From an uncultured Gammaproteobacteria bacterium (GTDB lineage Bacteria; Patescibacteriota; Microgenomatia; CAZETR01; Amesbacteraceae), in NCBI GenBank assembly GCA_964366335.1, contig CAYITQ010000003.1, positions 1 through 39,736 of the forward strand: 39,736 nucleotides of DNA. Direction: 5' to 3'. How positions within the stretch are numbered: position 1 is the stretch's first letter; every line of letters begins with the position of its first letter. The notes under the pieces were generated by a model that worked only from the letters and a program-made list of their open reading frames with translations, was not told the origin of the DNA and did not search any database. Of the stretch, positions 7,553 to 16,998 are shown in pieces. Both the position numbers and the translations under genes were made by a program.

Positions 7553-8389
7553 ATGGCTTACAATCCAAATGCTGTCTTTATCTCTCCGTCTTCGTTGTCT
7601 GATTTTGAAAAATGTCCTCAGCTATATTATTACAAAGCGGTCTACCGCGCGCCCTCTGGACTAAAAATACAGATCATTAATCCTGCTATTGCTCTTGGAC
7701 AAGTAGTACATGAAGCAATTAATCAATTAATCAATTTACCAGTGGTTCAAAGAAGTAAAGACAGACTTCTGGATATTTATGAATTCTTATGGAAAACGAT
7801 AACAGGAGAAAAAGGCGGATTTATTAATGACGAGACTGAGTATAAATCTAGAGGGCTCGAGATGCTGGAGAGATTTTGGGCCAATGGGCATTTCCGTGAG
7901 GCAGAGATGGTACCACTCCCGTCTTTTCCCAAAGTTGATCTGGGAAATAATTTGATATTAACCGGCAAACTCGATTGGATAGAAAGAGATGGCGAAACTT
8001 ATCATGTCATTGATTTCAAAACCGGCAAGAATGAAGAAAAGGCTGAATCAATGCAGTTACCTATTTATGCAGTCTTGGCCTGTGGAATATTAAAGACTTT
8101 TGATATCAGGACCAGTTATTGGTATCTGGACCGTGAGGACAGTCTGACATCTTTTCCCTTGCCAGATATCAACGAAACTACTAGGACACTTGTTACCAAA
8201 GGTGAAATAATTCAAAAAGCCCGGAAGGAAAATTCATTTAAATGTCAATCCGGCCGCGAAAATTGCTATGCCTGCCGGGATATTCAGGCAATAGCCAAAG
8301 GTCATGGAAAATTAGTCGCCGTCGACACCACCAATTACAAGCAAGAAATTTATATTTTACCGTCAACCCACAATCTCATCCCGTTTTGA
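7553..8389 (+). CDS. PD-(D/E)XK nuclease family protein (RecB/Cas4-like)
   Basis: SPSSL..FEKCP, G...HE, GKLDWI, IDFKTG, QL.IY, C-terminal C..C. Confidence 0.9.
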   Translation: MAYNPNAVFISPSSLSDFEKCPQLYYYKAVYRAPSGLKIQIINPAIALGQVVHEAINQLINLPVVQRSKDRLLDIYEFLWKTITGEKGGFINDETEYKSRGLEMLERFWANGHFREAEMVPLPSFPKVDLGNNLILTGKLDWIERDGETYHVIDFKTGKNEEKAESMQLPIYAVLACGILKTFDIRTSYWYLDREDSLTSFPLPDINETTRTLVTKGEIIQKARKENSFKCQSGRENCYACRDIQAIAKGHGKLVAVDTTNYKQEIYILPSTHNLIPF

Positions 8390-9886
8390 AGACAAAAATC
8401 TGCCCCAGCTATCCATGAAAGTTAGGATGACTTTGAAGGGAGCTTCGAGTATAAAGTCAAAGATCAAAATCAGGAAATTGAGTTGGGCCACTCCGCGGCT
8501 TAATAAATCCCCCATAGCTACAATAGGTAGAGTCAGGATATCCCAACCGACTGAACCTGATTCGCCTTTGGGTGAATAAGAATAAGTTAAGGCAAGCTGA
8601 CGGATTCGGTAAGCAAAGAATGTGACGACCGACAGGAAAAACATAAAAACAGCGATACTAATGAAAGTAAACCCAAAATAATGCAGGACCCAATAAATGG
8701 CATAAAAGACTAGCCAGAAAAGCAAGGCATAAAAAAAGTAGAATACCGAATATTTAATAATTGAAAATGGCCTTACCAAAGAATGAATCTTTTCCCAAGC
8801 CTGACTTTCGGTGTCAAAGTCAAAGACAATCTGCTTGGCTCTGTCCAAGAGTCTGCCTTGACTTTTTCTTGAAGGCAGGTGAATATTAGCCACAATCAGC
8901 CACATCACGACAATTGGAACAATGACATTAATACCCAGGCTGACATAATTTGTCCCACCATCACGGAGCATTTTTTCCAGAGGGATTTCCAAGAGCAATA
9001 CTAATATCATTTTGGTCAAAAATACATACAGGAGGCTTCTAAATGTGGCCGTGTTCATTCTTTTTCTGACCAATTTCAGTTGATCAGAAAGTACTTTCTG
9101 AGCCGTAGTATCAAACAATTCAGGATTTTCTATCACTTTGGGAAATTCCTCCGGATTACTAAAGTACAAATCGCGAAGCAAAATCAAAGGTCCCATCTGT
9201 TTACGCACATAGGCGCTAAGAATATTTAAACCTTTCTTTTGATTGGCCAGATTGTAGGCTGAATATGACGCTTGTAAAACCTCTGTCATGGATTTCTCAC
9301 CCATTTGCTTTCTGTCTAGCCGGTAGAGATGATAAGCAATCTGAGCCTCATCAGCTTGAGAATAAACCCTGTCAATGGCTACGAACAATAACAAATCTAT
9401 ATTCGGATCCTCTATTTCCACTCTGGATCTTAAGACATTGAATGCCAAGTTGGTAAACTCTGAATAATCTTTGTTTGGACTGAGCGCATCTTCAATATGG
9501 GCAGAAATTAAGCCCAGAAGCCAGTCTTGATTAATTTCCGGTTCGTCCCAGACATCCAAATATGATTTCAATATGTCGGATAATATTTTTCTATTAGCAG
9601 TTTGCCAATCCGATTCACTGATATAGGCTGCCCAATGAATTTCCTGCAAGAGAAGATTGGCCAGTCTGTCGCTATCTTTAGTAAACATTATCTGCCGGCG
9701 CAAAATCCGCTCAATGGCAGCCCTGCGGACCAAATGCTCGGCCCGATAGTCAATGGCGTTTCTGGCTAATTCATAAATCCGGGCCAATCTGGCCACTGCG
9801 TCATGAGACGGAACTACAGCTTCAGTTGCCTGAGTCTTTCCACAACTCAGACTGGCTACAAATTTTGAAATTACTTGATGACTCAT
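8363..9886 (-). CDS. Hypothetical membrane protein
   Basis: 507-aa ORF; soluble N-terminal half and several C-terminal TM helices. Confidence 0.75.
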   Translation of the reverse strand: MSHQVISKFVASLSCGKTQATEAVVPSHDAVARLARIYELARNAIDYRAEHLVRRAAIERILRRQIMFTKDSDRLANLLLQEIHWAAYISESDWQTANRKILSDILKSYLDVWDEPEINQDWLLGLISAHIEDALSPNKDYSEFTNLAFNVLRSRVEIEDPNIDLLLFVAIDRVYSQADEAQIAYHLYRLDRKQMGEKSMTEVLQASYSAYNLANQKKGLNILSAYVRKQMGPLILLRDLYFSNPEEFPKVIENPELFDTTAQKVLSDQLKLVRKRMNTATFRSLLYVFLTKMILVLLLEIPLEKMLRDGGTNYVSLGINVIVPIVVMWLIVANIHLPSRKSQGRLLDRAKQIVFDFDTESQAWEKIHSLVRPFSIIKYSVFYFFYALLFWLVFYAIYWVLHYFGFTFISIAVFMFFLSVVTFFAYRIRQLALTYSYSPKGESGSVGWDILTLPIVAMGDLLSRGVAQLNFLILIFDFILEAPFKVILTFMDSWGRFLSSKRDEIVG

Positions 9887-9904
9887 GTTAAACTTAATTT
9901 TAGC

Positions 9905-11272
9905 ATGAAATTTGTTGATAATTATTTAGACAAGATTACCATTTACCGATTGATGTTGTATTTTTTGCTAATTTTGTCGATATTTGGATTATTTCTGCAA
10001 CCTCCAATAAATTATATATTGTCGTTAGTGTTTGTTGTTGTAGTAGGTTGGACCACCAACAAAATATTTTCATTAATTTTTAAATCCCCGACAAATCTTG
10101 AATCGGTCTATATTTCGGCCTTAATATTAGCTTTGGTTATTCCTCCAGATAATTTTGTATATTTATCCTTTGCGGCAGTAATCACAAATGCGTCTAAATA
10201 TATATTTGCAATTAACAAAAAGCACATTTTTAATCCGGTGGCGGCTGCCTTGGTGATTACCGGATACGCCAGTTGGTGGATTGCTAGTATTTATACTTTA
10301 CCAATAATTTTGCTTGGAGGCTTATTGATTACCCGTAAATTGCGACGGAGTAAAATGGTTTTCTCGTTTATATTAGTTTCAATAATTGCAATTTTGCTAA
10401 ATGGCAACTCACTTAAAGGATTTATAACCAGCTACCCCTTGTTCTTTTTTGCCTTTGTCATGCTCACAGAACCCTTGACAGCGCCAACCGCCAAAATTTG
10501 GCAAATTGTCTATGGAATACTTGTCGGAATATTATTTAGTTTACGGGGTGTCAGTCCGGAAATGGCTCTGATTATTGGTAATATCTTTGCTTATCTGGTC
10601 AGTTCAAAAGAAAAATTGATTTTGACGCTTAAAGACAAAGTTCAAATAGCTCCTGATATTTATGAATTTATTTTCAAGTCAAGGACGAAATTAAATTTTC
10701 AGGCTGGTCAATATCTCGAGTGGACAATACCTGTCCAAAAATCTGACTCGAGGGGTAACCGCCGGTATATGACTATTGCTTCGTCTCCTACAGAAGCTGA
10801 TATCCGCATGGCTACAAAATATTACGAGGAACCCAGCAGTTTTAAAAAAACCCTAATCACCCTAAACACCCCAATAGTCGCTTCTCAACTCGCTGGAGAT
10901 TTTGTCTTACCCAAAGATCCAAGTATCAAATTGGTTTTTGTAGCCGGAGGAATTGGCATTACTCCTTACCGTAGTATGATCAAATATTTAATTGATACCA
11001 AACAAACTCGCGACATTAACTTGATATATATCAATAAAACAGCCAACGAAGCCGTTTATAAAGATGTTCTTGATTATGTCAAGACTATTTATATCAATAC
11101 TTCCGTTACGGGACATTTAGATGCTGACACAATAGTTAAAAATATTTTTGATTACCAATCTCGTGCTTGGTACATATCCGGCCCACATAATATGGTTACT
11201 GCTACAGAAGAATTACTCAAGAGCATGGGTATCAAAAACCTCAAAACCGACTTCTTCCCGGGATTAGTTTAG
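9905..11272 (+). CDS. RnfD/NqrB-like membrane domain fused to an FNR-type FAD/NAD-binding oxidoreductase
   Basis: KHIFNP and MLTEP.TAP in the TM part; F.AGQY, R.MTIASSP, AGGIGITP, YISGP in the reductase part. Confidence 0.85.
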   Translation: MKFVDNYLDKITIYRLMLYFLLILSIFGLFLQPPINYILSLVFVVVVGWTTNKIFSLIFKSPTNLESVYISALILALVIPPDNFVYLSFAAVITNASKYIFAINKKHIFNPVAAALVITGYASWWIASIYTLPIILLGGLLITRKLRRSKMVFSFILVSIIAILLNGNSLKGFITSYPLFFFAFVMLTEPLTAPTAKIWQIVYGILVGILFSLRGVSPEMALIIGNIFAYLVSSKEKLILTLKDKVQIAPDIYEFIFKSRTKLNFQAGQYLEWTIPVQKSDSRGNRRYMTIASSPTEADIRMATKYYEEPSSFKKTLITLNTPIVASQLAGDFVLPKDPSIKLVFVAGGIGITPYRSMIKYLIDTKQTRDINLIYINKTANEAVYKDVLDYVKTIYINTSVTGHLDADTIVKNIFDYQSRAWYISGPHNMVTATEELLKSMGIKNLKTDFFPGLV

Positions 11273-11989
11273 AAGAGATTTTATGAATTTCTTGGTTTCA
11301 GCCGGACCAGTGACTTTAACCGTATTAATTCCGGTTCTGACTACCGCATAGTCATTTCGGCCTTCATAAATTGCGTCACCCACAAACATCATTTCCTCCT
11401 TTGAGACTTTGAAATATTTTTCCATTTGCTCAATAGCATAACCTTTATCTATTCCAGTTCTAGTGACATCAATCGAATTTACTCCTGAAAGTGAAATTTT
11501 AAATTTAGGTAGGTATCTTTGAAGTACTTCCACAATCTCTGACCGGCGGTCATATTTTAAAGCCAACCGTTCTGCTAGCGGGGCTTTCTGTCCCAGGGTT
11601 GAGAAAACTACTTCGCATTCACGGTCTTCAATAATTTCACCATAAGTTTTGGCTGGATGCCGATAATTTATATCTTTAAAAGTCTTTTCAAAGGCCTCAA
11701 AGATTTTGGTTTTTTCTGGCAGCGTTAGTTTCAATTGGTAAATTGGTGTCCAGTTATTATTCTCATACTTATAAAAACTTGCGCCTGAGGTAGGCAAAAT
11801 AAAAAGATTTTCAAAATAATTTAAGTGACTCAAGAACTGTTTTTGAAATTGTTTAAATGAAGCCCCACCAATGACCGCCACTTTCTTGATTTTTTGCAGT
11901 TGGGCCAAAAGGTCAACCATCTCTGAATCAATATCCGTTTTACTCTCGGTGAGCGTTCCATCCAAATCAAAACAAATTATTTTTTTCAT
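11264..11989 (-). CDS. HAD-IIB hydrolase, phosphomannomutase-like
   Basis: FDLDGTL, IEDR, SIDVT..GIDKG, FVGD..ND motifs. Confidence 0.85.
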   Translation of the reverse strand: MKKIICFDLDGTLTESKTDIDSEMVDLLAQLQKIKKVAVIGGASFKQFQKQFLSHLNYFENLFILPTSGASFYKYENNNWTPIYQLKLTLPEKTKIFEAFEKTFKDINYRHPAKTYGEIIEDRECEVVFSTLGQKAPLAERLALKYDRRSEIVEVLQRYLPKFKISLSGVNSIDVTRTGIDKGYAIEQMEKYFKVSKEEMMFVGDAIYEGRNDYAVVRTGINTVKVTGPAETKKFIKSLLN

Positions 11990-12432
11990 AAATTTATTTC
12001 TACTCGCTTATCTGTCGGAGCATCCGGATCTAACATATAAAAGTGTTCTGGAATAATTTTAAAGAAACGGTAAGGAGCAGGAGATTTGAAAGATTCCGGC
12101 TTCATTTCGACATATGTTGTGCGATACCACTTGAATGCCTCAGACAGTTCTTTCTGGTCTAATAAATATGCTTTTCCAGAACCTTGCACTCCATTTCCAG
12201 TACCTTCTTTTTGATGTGAATCAAATATTGCAAATGCAACTTGCGGATTTTTTAATATGTGTTTAGTGTGAAGTGAGTCTAACTGAGAAATAAAATAAAA
12301 AGTAAATTTTTCGTCAACAGCGTAATACAAAGGAGCAACCCAAGGAGAAGATTTAGTTGCTGTCGCCAAAGAAAGATAAACATTATTTTTGATTATTTCT
12401 TTTGTAATTTGACTCAATTGGTTTTGTATCAT
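11986..12432 (-). CDS. Pyridoxamine 5'-phosphate oxidase-like (split-barrel) protein
   Basis: LSLAT...PW.APLYY...S...S.H.K.I..NP.VAF pattern. Confidence 0.85.
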   Translation of the reverse strand: MIQNQLSQITKEIIKNNVYLSLATATKSSPWVAPLYYAVDEKFTFYFISQLDSLHTKHILKNPQVAFAIFDSHQKEGTGNGVQGSGKAYLLDQKELSEAFKWYRTTYVEMKPESFKSPAPYRFFKIIPEHFYMLDPDAPTDKRVEINL

Positions 12433-13262
12433 AACTTATTTTTCAATTTCTTTATTGTTGCGTTTCCAATTAAAGACTGCATTTGAGAGATAGCTATTTG
12501 GTTTAAGTTGAGTAATCTTTGTGATTGTGAAATTTCTTGCTTGATAAGCTCGGCATTTATTCCTTCCAAATTTGCCAAGACTACGAGCTGAGTTACATCC
12601 GCATAGTCGCGGATATTACCCTCATTCTTAGGATTTTCATCCCGCCATTCTTTGGCTGTTTTGCCAAATAATGCCACATTAAGAACATCTGCTTCGTTGG
12701 CATAAACAATATTAATTTCTTTTTTTGATAATCTACTTGGAATTAAATGAGTCTGGATTGCATCTGTATGAATCCTGTAATTAATTTTAGTCAATGCTCT
12801 TTTAAGATCCCATCCAAGTTCCAAACGTTCATTTTCTTGCTCTTTAAGACGTTGAAACTCCTTAATTAAATATAATTTAAATTCTGGGCTTATCCATGAA
12901 GCAAATTCGAAAGCAATATCTTTGTGTGCAAAAGTACCCCCTCCATATCTTCCTGATTTTGACCGTATACCAATAGCGTTAGTTGACTTGATCCATTTTT
13001 CAGGACTAAGGACAAATGAATTCACTCCTGCATTTTTTTTAAACTGGTCGAATTCGACCAGGTTAAAATTTGGGTTGTAAATTTGCTCCCAAATACCCAT
13101 AAAGTCAATTGTAAACCTAGTTTTTAGCCAGTTTTTCACTACGTCAGCCGGAAATTCAGAGTTTTTTGATTTAGCCATATCTGTCAGGGATAGATAATCG
13201 CTTCCACCTTTAGAAATCAGAGATATAGCAACATTCTTTACGATAATCTTTGGTTTATTCAT
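12429..13262 (-). CDS. KilA-N domain DNA-binding protein
   Basis: YLSLTDMAK, SGRYGGGTFAHKDIAFEFASWISPEFKLYLIKEFQRLK. Confidence 0.9.
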   Translation of the reverse strand: MNKPKIIVKNVAISLISKGGSDYLSLTDMAKSKNSEFPADVVKNWLKTRFTIDFMGIWEQIYNPNFNLVEFDQFKKNAGVNSFVLSPEKWIKSTNAIGIRSKSGRYGGGTFAHKDIAFEFASWISPEFKLYLIKEFQRLKEQENERLELGWDLKRALTKINYRIHTDAIQTHLIPSRLSKKEINIVYANEADVLNVALFGKTAKEWRDENPKNEGNIRDYADVTQLVVLANLEGINAELIKQEISQSQRLLNLNQIAISQMQSLIGNATIKKLKNKL

Positions 13263-14053
13263 AACTCTTTTTTCAATTTCTCAATCATGGGTACTGCTAC
13301 CGGATCTAGACCGTAAAGCTTGGCTGTGGCCAGAGCTGTGGCATTGGCTAGCGCTAGAAAATTAAATATTTTGTGAAGAGTGTCAGAGCCGGTTAATTCA
13401 ATAAATTTGGTTGGTATGCCTATTTCATTGTAGAGTTTGGCCGTTATTTCCATGCGCTTAATAATTTTGGGATGATCGGATTTGTCAGTGATAAACAAGC
13501 CATAGAAATTTTTGAATTTGGCAAAGCCATTGATTTCATTGTGATCAGCCTCAGGTAAGGTATCGTTAAAGGCAGGGATTTTCCCGGTCTCGTTAAATTT
13601 TATCTTCCAGATATAGCCCAAGGCTTCAAATTTGTTTGATGTGTAGATTAGAGGTATACGATCTTTTATTTCAATTGGATCAGCGGGTTTTATTTCTGGC
13701 AATTCCAATTTTTCTCCTAAAAGTTCATATAAAGCCACAAGGCAGAAATGAATCGCGTCGCGGGGTTGAAGGCCGGCAGGCAGCAAAACAAAAGGCACAT
13801 TATCTTGTTTGGCTTTTTCCAAAAGTTTGCCCCCAATGGTAATGACAGCCCTGTTTAGACCAGCGGCTTTATCGTATGCATCCAAAACTTCCTCGGTATT
13901 ACCCGAATACGAACTCAATATTATAAGTCTATTTTTAATATTTGCTGGCAAACCATAATCACGGTGGACAATAATATCCAGCTCCGGCTTGAGGATTTTT
14001 AGTAAATCCGCTGCCAAGTGAGATCCACCCATGCCCACAACTACTAGTGACAT
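13259..14053 (-). CDS. Bifunctional phosphoglucose/phosphomannose isomerase (SIS), compact form
   Basis: GMGGS, SYSGNTEE, QPR, NETGK, PEADHNE motifs. Confidence 0.9.
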   Translation of the reverse strand: MSLVVVGMGGSHLAADLLKILKPELDIIVHRDYGLPANIKNRLIILSSYSGNTEEVLDAYDKAAGLNRAVITIGGKLLEKAKQDNVPFVLLPAGLQPRDAIHFCLVALYELLGEKLELPEIKPADPIEIKDRIPLIYTSNKFEALGYIWKIKFNETGKIPAFNDTLPEADHNEINGFAKFKNFYGLFITDKSDHPKIIKRMEITAKLYNEIGIPTKFIELTGSDTLHKIFNFLALANATALATAKLYGLDPVAVPMIEKLKKEL

Positions 14054-14080
14054 ATAATATATGTTAACATATATTATATG
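14051..14080. promoter_or_regulatory. Perfect 30-bp palindrome spanning both divergent start codons; probable bidirectional promoter/operator
   Basis: CATATAATATATGTTAACATATATTATATG equals its own reverse complement. Confidence 0.7.
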
Positions 14081-15574
14081 GGCGCAAAATCTCTAAAGGT
14101 ATTATTTGTCACGGCTGAGGTGGCTCCTTTTTCCAGCGTGGGCGGTTTGGCCCAAGTATCTCTGTTTTTACCCCGGGCTTTGTATAAATTAGGCGTAGAT
14201 GTCCGTATTTTTACTCCGAAATACGGCATAATAGACAGCTTGCTTCTGCGGCCTGCCAATGTCATTACCGGCCTGCGGGTTCCAACCGGTGAAAAATCCG
14301 ATTCTTCAAATCCAATAGAATTAATTTGCAATGTCAAAACTCTCAAAAAAGCAAACAAGGATGATCCTCATATCTACTTTTTGGAAAATATGGAATATTA
14401 TGAAAAGCGGGCCAATGTTTATAATTACTCCGACGACCATATCCGCTTTGGCCTTTTAAGCCGCGCCGCTCTGGAATTTATCAAGCAGGGGGATTTTGTC
14501 CCGGATCTGATTCATGTCAACGATTGGCATACCGGATATTTGCCAAATTACATAAAGAATTTCTATGCTGATGACCCGAAATTAAAAAATGTTGCCACCC
14601 TGTTTTCCATTCATAATTTATATCAGGGTCTTTTTGATTTTGATCACGCTTCGGAAATGGATTTTGACGATGGTAAAAGAGAACTGACTTCTTTCTTCTC
14701 CGACCAATTTATCAAACAAAACGCTCTTAAGCGGGGTGTTATTCACGCCGATCTCATCAATACCGTCTCACAAACTTATTCCCGGGAATTACTGACGGAA
14801 GAATATGCGCCCAAGTTGTACAACCTTTTTAGAGAACTGCGTGGCAAAATGTATGGTGTCCTCAATGGCCTAAATTATCAGGATTTCAATCCCAAAACCG
14901 ACACCACCATAAACATTCACTTTTCCGCCAACAATCTCAGTCCCAGGAAAGAAAATAAAATTGCTTTGCAAAAAGAATTCAATCTCAAGACCGATTCCCG
15001 TTTTCCGCTTCTGGGAATAGTCGGCCGTTTAGATGACCAAAAAGGCTTAGACTTGATTAAGGAAACTATTGATTTTTTGCTGACCGAATGCCAAATTCAA
15101 TTAGTGGTTTGCGGTGGCGGCGATGACCGTTACCGCGATTTGTTTTTCAATTTAGAAAAAGTTTATCCGGACATGGTCGGTACGCATTTACTTTTTGATC
15201 CCAATTTACCGCATAAAATCTTTGCCGGAGCTGATATGATCCTCATTCCCAGCCGCTTTGAACCGGGGGGGATAGTGGCCCTGGAAGCCATGCGCTATGG
15301 CAGTGTTCCCATCGTCCGGGCGACAGGCGGCTTGGCCGATTCGGTCGTGGACTATGACCCGACTTTAGGCGTAGGAACCGGTTTTTCATTCAGGACTTAT
15401 TCCGGTATGAGTTTTTTGACGGCTGTAGTCAGAGCCCTGGAAACCTATAAAAATACAAATGTCTGGAACCGGATAGTCAAACGGGCTATGGAACAGGATT
15501 TTTCCTGGGACAAATCAGCCAAAAAATACCTGGAGCTTTACACGCGGGCCATTGATTTAAAAAACAATTCATGA
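14078..15574 (+). CDS. glgA: Glycogen/starch synthase (GT5)
   Basis: VGGLA, HVNDWHT, IHNL.YQG, GRL..QKG, PSRFEPGG, TGGLADSV. Confidence 0.92.
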   Translation: MGAKSLKVLFVTAEVAPFSSVGGLAQVSLFLPRALYKLGVDVRIFTPKYGIIDSLLLRPANVITGLRVPTGEKSDSSNPIELICNVKTLKKANKDDPHIYFLENMEYYEKRANVYNYSDDHIRFGLLSRAALEFIKQGDFVPDLIHVNDWHTGYLPNYIKNFYADDPKLKNVATLFSIHNLYQGLFDFDHASEMDFDDGKRELTSFFSDQFIKQNALKRGVIHADLINTVSQTYSRELLTEEYAPKLYNLFRELRGKMYGVLNGLNYQDFNPKTDTTINIHFSANNLSPRKENKIALQKEFNLKTDSRFPLLGIVGRLDDQKGLDLIKETIDFLLTECQIQLVVCGGGDDRYRDLFFNLEKVYPDMVGTHLLFDPNLPHKIFAGADMILIPSRFEPGGIVALEAMRYGSVPIVRATGGLADSVVDYDPTLGVGTGFSFRTYSGMSFLTAVVRALETYKNTNVWNRIVKRAMEQDFSWDKSAKKYLELYTRAIDLKNNS

Positions 15575-16998
15575 ATTGGGCCAATTTTCTTCACATCTAC
15601 CAGCCGGCCGGCCAACAGCCGGATATTTTGGAAGCGGTGGTCAATCAATCTTACCGTCCCTTGTTAAAAGGCATTTTGAATTCTGATTCTTGCCAGATAA
15701 CTCTTAATGTCACCGGAGCTTTGTTGGAATTATTTGACAAATATCATTATCACGATTTACTTTCAGATTTGAAAAAAGCCGGTGAATTAGGCAGAATTGA
15801 GTTTACAGGGTCAGCAAAGTATCATGCCCTTTTACCGTTTTTAAACGAAGTTGATATTATCAGACAAATCCAGACCAATGAACAGACTCTCAGGCATTAT
15901 TTGGGAGATAATCTCAAGCTTCTGGGATTTTTCCCGCCCGAGATGGCCTATCACCCAAAACTAGTCCCAATATTAGAAAATTTAGGTTACTCTTGGATTA
16001 TTTTGGACGAAATCGCTTACGACCAAGGTTTGTCTCTGCCCGCCAACAACAACTTATATAAAATTCATGATCATAATCTCAAAGTCTTTTTCCGTGAAAG
16101 AAGATTAAGCAATCTGATTATGAGCTCCGTCTTTAGAAAAAGTCTATCTTTAAAAGAGGCCATGTCCGAGGAGTTGACCAAGCCAAATTTTGTCCTGACC
16201 GGCATGGATGGTGAAACTTTTGGGCATCACCGCCCGGGTTTAGAAAAGTTATTATTTGAAATATTTAATATTCCGGAATTCAATTTGGTTACTATTTCCC
16301 AGCTACTTAATTTATATTCAGGTATTAATCAAGTGACACCCGTTATTTCCACTTGGGCTAGTAGTGAGCAGGATATTGAGCAGGGTGTCCAGTTTGTATC
16401 TTGGAAAGATCCCCAAAATCCCATCCATAACCTGCAGTGGAAATTGTTTGACTTGGTAAACAAATCTGTCTTAGCTTCAAAGCAATCCGAAATGGATATT
16501 GCCTCAGCGAGCGATCACTATTTTTGGGCCTCGGCCAAACCCTGGTGGAGTCTGGAAATGATCGAAGATGGGGCTTATCAACTGATGCAGATTGTCAAAA
16601 ATTCTCAAACCGAGAATTTATATCAGCAAATTGTGGATTTGGCGTTTGAGTGGCAGAGGACCAACAAAGTCCGTAAACTTGCTCTGGACCAAAAGACCAA
16701 TGTTCAAGTTCCGTTTCTGGACCGGGCTTCAAGTGACGAATTTCAGGCTTTTGTCAAAATAATGAATGAGTTGGAAAAGAAGTCCGCCAAAAATGGGGAA
16801 TACGAGGCCGCAATTCTTTGGCGGGACGCAGCCTTCAAATTGGTCCACAAATTAGATATCTACGACGCGGTGCATGCGGTGGACATGCTACGCATCAAAA
16901 TCGGCCATGAAAAAATCGAAAAAATGCTGGATAAATACCGTTTGCAATACCGGCGCTTACGCTCCGGTCAGCCTGAGCAAAGGAGTAGACAGGTATGA
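15571..16998 (+). CDS. Glycoside hydrolase family 57 protein
   Basis: HIYQP, FFPPEMAY nucleophile, DGETFGHH acid/base, ASD..W motifs. Confidence 0.88.
   Translation: MNWANFLHIYQPAGQQPDILEAVVNQSYRPLLKGILNSDSCQITLNVTGALLELFDKYHYHDLLSDLKKAGELGRIEFTGSAKYHALLPFLNEVDIIRQIQTNEQTLRHYLGDNLKLLGFFPPEMAYHPKLVPILENLGYSWIILDEIAYDQGLSLPANNNLYKIHDHNLKVFFRERRLSNLIMSSVFRKSLSLKEAMSEELTKPNFVLTGMDGETFGHHRPGLEKLLFEIFNIPEFNLVTISQLLNLYSGINQVTPVISTWASSEQDIEQGVQFVSWKDPQNPIHNLQWKLFDLVNKSVLASKQSEMDIASASDHYFWASAKPWWSLEMIEDGAYQLMQIVKNSQTENLYQQIVDLAFEWQRTNKVRKLALDQKTNVQVPFLDRASSDEFQAFVKIMNELEKKSAKNGEYEAAILWRDAAFKLVHKLDIYDAVHAVDMLRIKIGHEKIEKMLDKYRLQYRRLRSGQPEQRSRQV

Noticed and set aside
7553-8389. CRISPR-Cas locus suggested by the Cas4-like nuclease
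   Set aside because: No other cas genes and no repeat-spacer array anywhere in the window.
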